Assembly: GCA_965213675.1 (NCBI GenBank)
Contig: OZ243916.1
Span: 2,464,001-2,528,000, forward strand
DNA length: 64,000 nucleotides
Reading direction: 5' to 3'
Source: an uncultured Candidatus Binatia bacterium
GTDB lineage: Bacteria; Desulfobacterota; Binatia; UBA9968; JAJDTQ01
In this document: positions 18,545 through 27,581 of the stretch, piece after piece
How positions within the stretch are numbered: position 1 is the first letter of the stretch
How the letters are laid out: each line of letters starts with the position of its first letter
Position numbers and translations under genes: made by a program
Notes under the pieces: model-generated
What the model was told of the DNA's origin: nothing
Databases searched by the model: none
Seen by the model: only the letters and a program-made list of their open reading frames with translations

Positions 18545-20296
18545 TCATCGACTGCCTCGCCGGTCATCGAAATACTCGACAAGCGCTGACCGGCCGACGA
18601 TTTCGACGATCCGTACGCGCAATCTGGTCCCCTCGGCGTCGGTCAATTGCAGTTCCTCGCCGGGGATGAATTGGACCGGCTGTTGTTTGCCCTCGTCGAT
18701 CACGATGTTCGACGCATAGAGATAAGTCCGGTCAAGATTATCGCGGATGGGATTCAGCCTGCCCTTCAATCCTGGCAGGTTACCGGTCCCCTCTGGAATA
18801 ATTACGCTCCCGCCCTCCGGCAAGGCATCCAGATTGATCGCAAGTGCCCGCTCACTCGGTGTCCAATCCTGCTCCAGATGCGCGGCCTGTCCGGGCGCGG
18901 ACGCGAACACGGTCATGGGCAGCGTTGTCGTGTGCAGATCGACCGCCGCCTCACCTTGTTCGTCCGTGGTGGCGCGTATCCAGGTCTTGTTCGGAAAAAG
19001 CACGAGGAGATCGGTGCCCGGCAAGGGCTGGCCCCCGGAACGCACCGAGATGACGGCCCGGGCAGGACTTCGTTCCTGCATCGCTGCGGGAATGACAAGA
19101 AGGACCTCCGAATCGTCGACGACCCGGTAATTTGGATATTTGCCGCACAACTCCCATGTTTCGCGTTGGATAATGAGGACACCGTCGCCGCGGCGCTCCA
19201 TGAAGTAACGCCTGTCTCCGCCGCCACGGGTCCCGCCGACAGGCATCCGCGCCAAAACGCAGGTCAGGGCCTCGTTGCGGGTCGACTGCCGCGAGCCCAT
19301 GCTCTCCACGGTCAGGTTGTTGGGCAAGGAGCCGGGCGATTGGATCTCCAGGCGATCATCGAACATTGACAAGCGAATCTTGCTTCCCCTTATGGAATAG
19401 TCGCGGTGGACCACTGCGTTGACCAATGCCTCGAACACGGCTCTTTCGCTATACTGGGGCAGATCCGAACGGGCCGGATCCTTCCGTGCCGCGACCTGCA
19501 TGTTCCTAACGGCGAACGCAACCGCGCCGGCGATCTGTTCGTTCAGCGGGCCGGTGATCTCCTGCGCATCGATCTGGCCGGATGCACGGTCTTGGCCCCG
19601 GTATCTGGTCGCCGTGATGCAGGCGTTGGGAAGCCATTGTTCCGGATTCGGAGTGCACAACAACACTCCGGCGACAGTGGCGCGAAGAACCCCAGCCTCG
19701 TCGTCAACCAGGAGCGCCAATTTTTCGAGCGCCGCCTCAGGTTCGGCCGCGCCCTCGGCGCTCAGCAACGGTTTCCAGAGCGCCTCGACCAATGTCCTGA
19801 ATCCGGTGTCCGGCACCGGTTGCTTGTCGAACCACAGAAAGCGGGCCTGCGACCGCCGTTGCGCCAGGCGCAACCGCTCGTCGCCCCCCATAAGTCGCTT
19901 TGAGGCGCCCACACGGATGTAATTCCCGCCGGGGCTCTCATGCACGGAATCACTCTCCGGCACTTCGGCCAGCAGCACCAACCTGCCGTCGGACAGTTCG
20001 GTGTGATGTGTGCGGATGCGAACGGGCGGCTTGATCGTATCGGTGCTCACCTCGACCAGAAGGGCATCCAGGTTAGCGATCTGCGCGCGCGACATGCCGA
20101 TGATCTTGCCGTCGTCGGCAACGCCGGCGAGCACTACGCCTCCGGCGGCGTTGGCGAAGGCCGCGATTTCGTCGGCCCAGGCGCCGCGGGTCGGTCGTCT
20201 CGGACGATCACCAGCGAACTCGACCTGCTTGAACTCCCAGCCGCTGTCTTCGCCCGCCCGCAACCGGCTTTCGATATCCTCGACGCGGTAGTTCAT
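18545..20296 (-). CDS. Schlafen/AlbA_2 + HATPase_c_4 ('RecG-like') protein with extra beta-rich C-terminal domains
   Basis: GEDSGWEFK...AAFANAAGG.V.GVADDG (AlbA_2); EALVNAVVHRDY, SPGSLP, RN and MERRGDG (HATPase_c_4); then about 175 aa of beta-rich tail. Confidence 0.88.
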   Translation of the reverse strand: MNYRVEDIESRLRAGEDSGWEFKQVEFAGDRPRRPTRGAWADEIAAFANAAGGVVLAGVADDGKIIGMSRAQIANLDALLVEVSTDTIKPPVRIRTHHTELSDGRLVLLAEVPESDSVHESPGGNYIRVGASKRLMGGDERLRLAQRRSQARFLWFDKQPVPDTGFRTLVEALWKPLLSAEGAAEPEAALEKLALLVDDEAGVLRATVAGVLLCTPNPEQWLPNACITATRYRGQDRASGQIDAQEITGPLNEQIAGAVAFAVRNMQVAARKDPARSDLPQYSERAVFEALVNAVVHRDYSIRGSKIRLSMFDDRLEIQSPGSLPNNLTVESMGSRQSTRNEALTCVLARMPVGGTRGGGDRRYFMERRGDGVLIIQRETWELCGKYPNYRVVDDSEVLLVIPAAMQERSPARAVISVRSGGQPLPGTDLLVLFPNKTWIRATTDEQGEAAVDLHTTTLPMTVFASAPGQAAHLEQDWTPSERALAINLDALPEGGSVIIPEGTGNLPGLKGRLNPIRDNLDRTYLYASNIVIDEGKQQPVQFIPGEELQLTDAEGTRLRVRIVEIVGRSALVEYFDDRRGSR

Positions 20297-20801
20297 CTCT
20301 CTAAAATTCCAGCGACCCTTGCAGGTCCCCACGTGTGTCGTGAATTGCTGTCGCCTGACGGGTCCGTTCCGACCATACCGCGATCAGGCCGTCATAGGAG
20401 GCCTCCAGGCGTTCCTCCTCTTGTTGACACAACGGACCCCCGATCTTTCCAAACACGTACAACATACTGGTTTATTGGCGTTTTCTTCAGATGCATCTCA
20501 AGCCGTCGTCGTCACCGTAAGCGAATCGCAAGCGGTTTGAATACCACAACGGCGTCAATCAGCGTGTGCCCGAACCTGCCCCCAATAAGACCCCCATTAG
20601 AACCCGATTGAACCCCCATTGGACCCCAATCGCTGCAACGAGCCCTACTAGGTTTCTCCCGATCGGATTCCGTCATAGCTGGCCAGATCCGTCAAAACTG
20701 CCGATCCTGACATCCTCCCGGTCACTCAGCTTCCCCTTCAGACGATGTCTGTTGGCTAAGACCATCGTGCTCAAAGACCAAAAACGTTACGTGGCTTCGA
20801 A

Positions 20802-21070
20802 TCAGGTTACAAGATTCGCGGCGTAGCGGGTTGTCGTCAGGCTCGCCTTCAGCGCGGCCAGTGTCGCCGCTGCTTTGCCTCCGGGGGAGACCTTGATGTG
20901 AATGTTGCTGCGCTGGAGAACTCCGCCTATGTCGGAGTCGTTCCTCGCGCCGGAGCGCAGGCGCTTAATGGTAGTCGCCTTGTTTCCGAAGGCTTCGAGA
21001 AAGGCGAAAGGGAACTCGGCGGCTCCAGCGCAAGAGCCGAAATGGCCTCTTCTATCTCAACGGCTTTCAT
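20802..21070 (-). pseudogene. 5' fragment of an MmeI/YeeA-type restriction-modification DNA methyltransferase
   Basis: MKAVEIEEAISALALEP, then a frameshift, then AEFPFAFLEAFGNKATTIKRLRSG...DIGGVLQRSNIHI...ATLAALKAS..., stop at 20802-20804. This matches the recalled N-terminus of the family. Confidence 0.75.
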
Positions 21071-21182
21071 TGGTCATCACAGAGCACAGACAGCCAGTCG
21101 GCTACGCTGACGCAACTCCAACCCACCGGCTCAGACGTCGCAACAGACGCCGAAACCGTTGGGTGATTTATCCCACCTTGCA

Positions 21183-23081
21183 TCACCCCGCCACGTCTGG
21201 GATGGCATCGTCAACCGTCTCATCCGGCACGTCCACTTCAGGCTCGTTGGTCGCCTCACCGCCATAGACAGTTTGACCGGTGGCTTCTTCAATCAGTCCA
21301 AGCAGGGCCGCTTGGCGTGCATGACAAAAGCCTTCGAAGTCGTCTGCCCGAAGTAGTTCCGGATCGATCAGATGCGTCCGCAGGAAACCGTCGATGTCGG
21401 CGGCAGGAATCGGCGGCGAGCCAACTCCACCGCGTTCGAGGCGCGCCAAATACTCTGAGGGCGCCGCGCCACCCAGCATGCGGTTGGTGCGGGCCGTTAG
21501 CGGCGTTTTGTTGATGATCGAATCATAAACGTCCGGGGATTTCCCCTTTCGTCGGCACCAATCGCGCGGGAAAACATGATGGATGTCGACACTCTCTTCG
21601 AAGAAAACCGTCTGGTCAAAGTCCTGGCTGGACCGGAAATCCCTGGCACCCTTGGCCATGAGCAGGGCGTTGATGCCCTTGTAGGCGGCTGACAGCCGGG
21701 TGCGCATAGTACGAAGGCGATCGACTCGGAAGATCGGATCCTCCATGGTCGAGGGGGAATCTCCACCGGCAAGCCAAATCGGCACCTCGACAATATCTCT
21801 GGCGATTCGAGACTCCACGGCTGAACCGTAGAGTTCGCCGAACACGCCACACCAGTACCAGCGTGCAATGCGTGCGCGAGTCTCGGCGTTTTCCCACAGG
21901 TCGCCAATGGTCATGAGGATCGCGGCGAGCGGCACAAATTGGCTCTGGTAAGGGAGGTCCTGGACCCGATAAATCCGCTGCATTCGCAAGAACTTCACCG
22001 CCGTCTCGAAACCCTTCTCAACGGGGTCGGCGTGCAATTTGTACGCATCGAGCGGCAGGTTGAGCAGGGACTGGCGTGTGGCACTGACCGATGGCAGATC
22101 GTGACGTCCCGGATCCTCGGCAGACCGCTCAACGCGCACGTCGCGCGTGTGGATCAGCGAGATTGCCTGTAGAAAATCGGTCGGGGCGATCTTCTCAAGA
22201 AGGCCATAGTCCTGGTCGGCTGCACGCCCGAAGGTGGAAAGGCGGTTCTTGCGACCCGATCCAGCGCTTTCGCCCAACCAGTCCTTGCGCAACTCAAAGC
22301 CTTGGGCCGAATACATCGCGGTCACCAACTCGAACGCGTCGAGAGGCTTGCCGCCGGTGTTGACCTTCTCGAAGACCAAACAGACGGCCTCGCGCGACGT
22401 GTCTTTAGCGAGTTCGATCACGGGGACTTGGTAGTTCTTGAAGTTCTGTAAGACCTCGTCCTTGAAACGCTTGAATAGTTCACGCTTTTCGGCTCTCCCG
22501 CGCGCGATCCAGTAGTCGCCGAAGCCGTCCTGCCAAGCGTCCCAGTCGAACGCTTGGTTGACCGGGAACATCCCCTCTCTGTACTCGGACTCATGTGAAG
22601 AGAGATCCAGGAGAACAGTGCGGCCAAAGTCTGCCCGTTGAATGCGATCCTCGGGGACTCCGACCACAGCGTCCTCGCGGTTGCGCTGTGGATCAAGCGC
22701 CGCTTCGATGTCGAGGTAGAACCAGCGTTTCACCTTCTTGTGCCGCGCCGTGACCGTTTCCACGATACGCTGCCGCATGCAGGTCTGATAGAGGGAGGTC
22801 ATGCGCTGCTGTCCGTCCAGCAGCAGATGACGCGCTGCATGTGTTTCCGCGTCGTCTGGAGCCCCCTGTATCGGTCGAGCCTTGAATTCGACCGTTCCCC
22901 CGGTCTCGAGGGTCATCAAGGCCCCCACAGGGAAGGCCAAGGAGACGGAGGTAATCAGGCTGCGGATGCGTTCTTCGTCCCAGACCCAGCTTCTCTGGAA
23001 GTCCGGAAGTTTGATGGTCCCGCGCTGACAGTCGCGCAAGAGTTCCTCAAGGCGTACAGGATTTGTCGTAAAGCTCGCCAT
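21183..23081 (-). CDS. DUF262 (GmrSD-like) protein with C-terminal HNH-like region
   Basis: LPDFQRSWVW, DGQQR, FEKVNTGG and DIHHVFP...N motifs. Confidence 0.9.
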   Translation of the reverse strand: MASFTTNPVRLEELLRDCQRGTIKLPDFQRSWVWDEERIRSLITSVSLAFPVGALMTLETGGTVEFKARPIQGAPDDAETHAARHLLLDGQQRMTSLYQTCMRQRIVETVTARHKKVKRWFYLDIEAALDPQRNREDAVVGVPEDRIQRADFGRTVLLDLSSHESEYREGMFPVNQAFDWDAWQDGFGDYWIARGRAEKRELFKRFKDEVLQNFKNYQVPVIELAKDTSREAVCLVFEKVNTGGKPLDAFELVTAMYSAQGFELRKDWLGESAGSGRKNRLSTFGRAADQDYGLLEKIAPTDFLQAISLIHTRDVRVERSAEDPGRHDLPSVSATRQSLLNLPLDAYKLHADPVEKGFETAVKFLRMQRIYRVQDLPYQSQFVPLAAILMTIGDLWENAETRARIARWYWCGVFGELYGSAVESRIARDIVEVPIWLAGGDSPSTMEDPIFRVDRLRTMRTRLSAAYKGINALLMAKGARDFRSSQDFDQTVFFEESVDIHHVFPRDWCRRKGKSPDVYDSIINKTPLTARTNRMLGGAAPSEYLARLERGGVGSPPIPAADIDGFLRTHLIDPELLRADDFEGFCHARQAALLGLIEEATGQTVYGGEATNEPEVDVPDETVDDAIPDVAG

Positions 23082-23220
23082 CCGATGGTTCCTCATACAG
23101 CGCGCGTCTGAACGGACTACGTGCCGAATCGACCCGAAAGTTCTCGAGAGTCCCCCATCAACGTAGACTCGAAGAGGCCTACCTATACTGCCTCGACACC
23201 GGTCAGGAAGACAACATTCT

Positions 23221-23946
23221 TTACAGATCCACCACCAGCCCGTCTTCCGCGGTCTCGACCGGTAGCGTGTGGCGCCGGGCCAGCATCTCCTCGCCCATGT
23301 GCGTCAGGATCAGCCGCTTGCACTCCAGGTGCTCCCAGTGCGCGGCAACCTCCGCGTAGCTCATGTGCGACGGTGACGGGTGGTCGTAGTGGCAACACTC
23401 GCAGATGAACAGGTCCGCGCCCCGGCCGTGGGTGATGAACTGGTCCGTCCAGCTCGAATCGCCGGAGAAGAGCACGGTGCGGCCCGCCACCCTGACCCTG
23501 AGTCCGAGCGAGACCGCGTCGGTCTGGTGCGGCACCCGGAAGCCCAGGACCTCTGCGCCGGCTACGGCGGCGGTGGTGTCCGGCTCCAGCGCCCGAAACA
23601 CGGCGAAGGGCAGCTCCTTTTCGCCGTACATGAGCCTCATGAGATCGCGCACGCGCTGTTCGGTGCCCGGCGGGCCGGCCACCTCCAGCGGCCGGCTCCG
23701 GGGCTTGTTGTACAGGTAGTGGATGAAGAAGAACGGCAGTCCGCCGAAGTGATCGCCGTGCAGGTGACTCAGGATGACCGCGTCGAGATCGGCGGGGTCC
23801 AGACCTGCGCGCCTCAGGGCGGGGAGCGTGCAGGGACCGCAATCCAGCAGCAACAGGCGCGACCGATGCTCCAGCAGGTACGCGCTGTGGTTGCGGCCGC
23901 CGCTGCCGAAGGCGTCGCCGCATCCGAGGAAGTGGACTTTCACCAA
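23221..23946 (-). CDS. MBL-fold metallo-hydrolase (RNase Z/beta-lactamase-like)
   Basis: LGCGDAFGSGGR, SHLHGDHFGG, SGDS and LTHM motifs. Confidence 0.92.
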   Translation of the reverse strand: MVKVHFLGCGDAFGSGGRNHSAYLLEHRSRLLLLDCGPCTLPALRRAGLDPADLDAVILSHLHGDHFGGLPFFFIHYLYNKPRSRPLEVAGPPGTEQRVRDLMRLMYGEKELPFAVFRALEPDTTAAVAGAEVLGFRVPHQTDAVSLGLRVRVAGRTVLFSGDSSWTDQFITHGRGADLFICECCHYDHPSPSHMSYAEVAAHWEHLECKRLILTHMGEEMLARRHTLPVETAEDGLVVDL

Positions 23947-24222
23947 GCCTGAGGGCCTCTCCGTGTCGTCGCGAATTTACCGCGAGGCATGGGGATGGTC
24001 CGTACAGGGGCCGCCGGCGGTCTTGCCAGGGCGTGCCCAAGGGCGGCCAGCGGTCGCCTCTGCACAGACAGACTCGTAGACTAGCAGCGCCGAAGCGACC
24101 TTGGCAACGCGTGCCGGGTCTGCCACATTCCCCGGAGGATGCCGGTCTTGCCTGGTGGCAGCGGCAGCTCGGCGAAGCGTGATCGAACGAACTTCACACG
24201 GCGGCTCCTTGAAGTTGACCTC

Positions 24223-27200
24223 ATGAAAATAGTTCTCGGCCCTTGGCACCCGCACCTTGAAGACGCCCTGGCGGATGAAATCCGCCAGCGGCGCGCGTGC
24301 GACCGCCTCGCCCCGCTGCTGTTGGTGGTGCCGTCCGATACGTTGCGCCGGCGCATCGAGGTCCTGCTGGCGCAAGAGCACAACCTCCACCTCTTGAACT
24401 TCGAACTGCTCACCTTCTCCCAACTCAGCCTGAGGCTCTACCAGGAGACCCACGGCGCGGTGGAACCGACGCGGCGGAGCGGGACCTTTATGGAAGAGGC
24501 CCTGAAGCGCGTGATTCCGGCTCAAGGCCGCTTCGCGGGCATTGCGGACAACGATGGCGCGTGTGCGGCGCTGTGGCAGACCCTGCGGGACCTCAAGGAC
24601 GCCGGGGTGGATCCCGATGCGGCCCTGGATGCGCTGCGGGAAGGGCTGTTCGCGAACCGCCACGTTTCCGCTCCGCATGACGACTTCCGGGAAGAACGCG
24701 GGGCGTCACGGGAAGGGCGTATCGGCAACCGCGATCACGACTCCCTGCAGGCTCTCTTCGAATTGCACCGCGAGGTGCAGCGCCGCTTTCCCGAATGGGA
24801 CGCACGCGACCGCCAGGACCTCGACGCCCAGGTCGTGCCGCTGGCGCCGCTCTCACGCTGGCTCGGGCAATTCGAACGCATCTACTACTACGGATTCTAC
24901 GACCTGACCCAGACCCAGTTGGACTTGTTGCGGAGCGTCGCCAGCGCCTGGCCCGTCACGCTGTTCTACCCGCTTGTCCGGGCGGACGCGGACTGGTCCT
25001 TCGCCGAAACATTCTTCGATCAATACTTGGTGGGACTGGCCGGGGCAGACGAAATCGTGGACCTGATCGGCGGCGTTGCCGCGACGGGGGACGACGCCGA
25101 AGCCGCGTCGCCGGCCGACACGGAACACGACGCGCCCGACGGCGGCGAACCCACCGCGCTCCGGGCAGGCAGCCACCCGGCCCGGGACAGCCGGCGCGGC
25201 CGGGCGCCCCGCCGCGAGGAGCTCAGTTGCGCCAGTCCGCGCGACGAGGTGCGCACCGCGGCCAAGCTGATCCTCGGGCTGGTGGAAGAAGAGGGCTTCC
25301 AATGGAGCCGGGTGGGCGTGACCGCGCGCACCCTGGATGGCTATCTTCCCTGGATCCGGGAGATCTTGCCCGCCCACGGCATCCCCTTCCACACGCCGGC
25401 GCGGGAGTCGCTGGCCCGGTCCCAGGGGGTGCGCGGCCTGCTGGCGCTGCTGGAACTGCCGGTGCGCGACTACCCGCGCGCCGGGGTCATCGATCTCCTG
25501 GCGTCCCACCGCTTCAACTTCAAGGCCGTGCTCGGACCCCAAGCCCACGCCCGGCCTGACCTGTGGGACGTGGCCACGCGGCTCCTGGGCATCGGGCGCG
25601 GCATGAGCGAATGGCGCCGGCTGGAGCGCTTCGGCGACACCGGGCTGGCGTACCGGCGCGAGCACGACGAGGACACGGACCAGCCCCGGCGCATCAAGGC
25701 CGAGGACATCCGCGCGCTGCTGCAGGCCGTGGAGGCGTTGCATGCGGAATTGAGCGCGCTGCCGCCGCACGGCGCGTGGTCGGAACTCGCGGGGCGCTGC
25801 CGCGCGCTCATGGACCGCTTCCTGGTACCCGTTTGGGACGAACGGGAACGGGGCATGACAGGCGCCATCGACAGCGTCCTGGACGAGCTGGCCGATCTGG
25901 ACCGCGTCGCCGCCCGCGTGGCGCTCCCGGCGTTTGCGGTGGCCCTGCGCAAGGGCCTGGAGCGGAGCTCGGTGCCGATCATAGGCCAAGCCGAGACCGG
26001 CGTCGCCGTGCTGGACGCCACCGCCGCCCGCGGTCTCCCCTTCGATGCCCTCTTTGTGCTGGGGATGAACGAGGGGACGTTCCCCCGCGCCATTCGCGAG
26101 GACCCCTTTCTTCCCGACCGCGCCCGGAACGTGTTCCAGACCGCACTAGGCTACAAGGTCGCTTCGAAGCTTGCGGGATACGACGAAGAGCGGCTCCTGT
26201 TCGCGCTGCTCACCAGCGCGGCGGCCAAACGCCTCTACTGCACCTGGCCGCGCGAGGACGCAGGGGAACGCGTGCTGGCGCGGTCGTGGTACCTGGAGCC
26301 GGACCGGCTGGAACCGGACGGCCCGAACGCGATCAGCACGGACGTGGCCACGCAGGTATTGCCGAAGAGCCTTCTGGGCCGAAACCCGCCGGCCCCCTTC
26401 GACCAGGACCGTTGGCTCCTGCCCGAAGAGTTGGCGGTACGCCGGGCGCTTTCGGGAAAGGACCCGCGCCCGCCCCTGCGCGCGGCCGGCGTCTCCATGG
26501 ACAGCTTCGAACGAAGCCTGAACGCGGTCCGCGCGCTGGAGGACAGCCGCGGCGCGCCGGGACCGTTCGACGGCGACACCGGCCCGCTGGTCGAAGCCTG
26601 GGCGGACGTGCTCAAGCGCGGCGTGTCGCCCTCGATGCTGGAGGCCTACGGGCGCTGCCCGTTCCAGTACTTCGCCAGCCGCGTGCTCCGCCTGGAACGG
26701 TTGGAGCGTCCGGAAGGCAAGGCGCCGGTGGGAGCCCTGGAATTGGGCGCGCTCTGTCACGAGATCCTGGAAGGCTTTTACGAAGACGCCGAGCAAGCCC
26801 TCCGGTCGGACTGGCGCGAGCGATTGGACCGCGTTGCCGCCCGAGTCCTGTCCGGCTTCGCGGAACGCAACCCCACGGGCTATCCCGCGGCGTGGGAGGT
26901 GGCCAAGGAAGAACTCGTGGACCTGCTGCGGCGGGAGGTCGAGGCGGATCGGCAGGCAATGAACGAACAGGGCTTCCGCCCCGTAGCGCTCGAACTGGAG
27001 CGAAGCGTGGACCTGGCCGCGGCGCTCGATACGGACTGGCCGGAACAGCTCCGGCACATCCGCCTTCAAGGACGGCTGGACCGCGTCGACTACAGCGAAG
27101 CCGACGGCCGTTACCGGATCGTGGACTACAAGTACAAGAGCGGCCGAAAGCCTAAGCCCGTGGACCAAGACCCCGCGCGCTCCGCGATCCGCGGGGAAAG

Positions 27201-27570
27201 GCTGCAACTGCCCCTCTACGTGCTGCTGGCGACCGGCCACCGGGACCACCGGCTCAACGTGCCTGCCACGGCCCAAGTGGACGCGGCCTGGCACTTTTTC
27301 GGTCCCCGTTGGGAAGACGGGCCGCTGTCCACCCGGGAGTTCGAGGGGCAGTCGTGGCGGGAGGCTGTGGGAGAACAGATTCGGGACACGATGACGCGCC
27401 TGCTGACGGGTGTGCGGGCGGGAGCGTTTCCCATGGTGCCCGGCGAGTATTGCGATCATTGCCAGGTATCGGAGATCTGCCGAGCGAAGCACCTTCCATC
27501 GGCCATGCGCGCGCGGCGGCATCCCACGGCGGAAGCGTTGACGCAGATGCGGAAGGCCAAGCCTGTTTAG
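24223..27570 (+). CDS. addB: AddB/RexB-like nuclease subunit
   Basis: Degenerate helicase-like N-terminus (YGFYDLT, GMNEGTFP); SPSMLEAYGRCPFQY, GRLDRVD, IVDYK, LQLPLY and CDHC...C Fe-S staple. Confidence 0.88.
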   Translation: MKIVLGPWHPHLEDALADEIRQRRACDRLAPLLLVVPSDTLRRRIEVLLAQEHNLHLLNFELLTFSQLSLRLYQETHGAVEPTRRSGTFMEEALKRVIPAQGRFAGIADNDGACAALWQTLRDLKDAGVDPDAALDALREGLFANRHVSAPHDDFREERGASREGRIGNRDHDSLQALFELHREVQRRFPEWDARDRQDLDAQVVPLAPLSRWLGQFERIYYYGFYDLTQTQLDLLRSVASAWPVTLFYPLVRADADWSFAETFFDQYLVGLAGADEIVDLIGGVAATGDDAEAASPADTEHDAPDGGEPTALRAGSHPARDSRRGRAPRREELSCASPRDEVRTAAKLILGLVEEEGFQWSRVGVTARTLDGYLPWIREILPAHGIPFHTPARESLARSQGVRGLLALLELPVRDYPRAGVIDLLASHRFNFKAVLGPQAHARPDLWDVATRLLGIGRGMSEWRRLERFGDTGLAYRREHDEDTDQPRRIKAEDIRALLQAVEALHAELSALPPHGAWSELAGRCRALMDRFLVPVWDERERGMTGAIDSVLDELADLDRVAARVALPAFAVALRKGLERSSVPIIGQAETGVAVLDATAARGLPFDALFVLGMNEGTFPRAIREDPFLPDRARNVFQTALGYKVASKLAGYDEERLLFALLTSAAAKRLYCTWPREDAGERVLARSWYLEPDRLEPDGPNAISTDVATQVLPKSLLGRNPPAPFDQDRWLLPEELAVRRALSGKDPRPPLRAAGVSMDSFERSLNAVRALEDSRGAPGPFDGDTGPLVEAWADVLKRGVSPSMLEAYGRCPFQYFASRVLRLERLERPEGKAPVGALELGALCHEILEGFYEDAEQALRSDWRERLDRVAARVLSGFAERNPTGYPAAWEVAKEELVDLLRREVEADRQAMNEQGFRPVALELERSVDLAAALDTDWPEQLRHIRLQGRLDRVDYSEADGRYRIVDYKYKSGRKPKPVDQDPARSAIRGERLQLPLYVLLATGHRDHRLNVPATAQVDAAWHFFGPRWEDGPLSTREFEGQSWREAVGEQIRDTMTRLLTGVRAGAFPMVPGEYCDHCQVSEICRAKHLPSAMRARRHPTAEALTQMRKAKPV

Positions 27571-27581
27571 AAGGACCGGCC

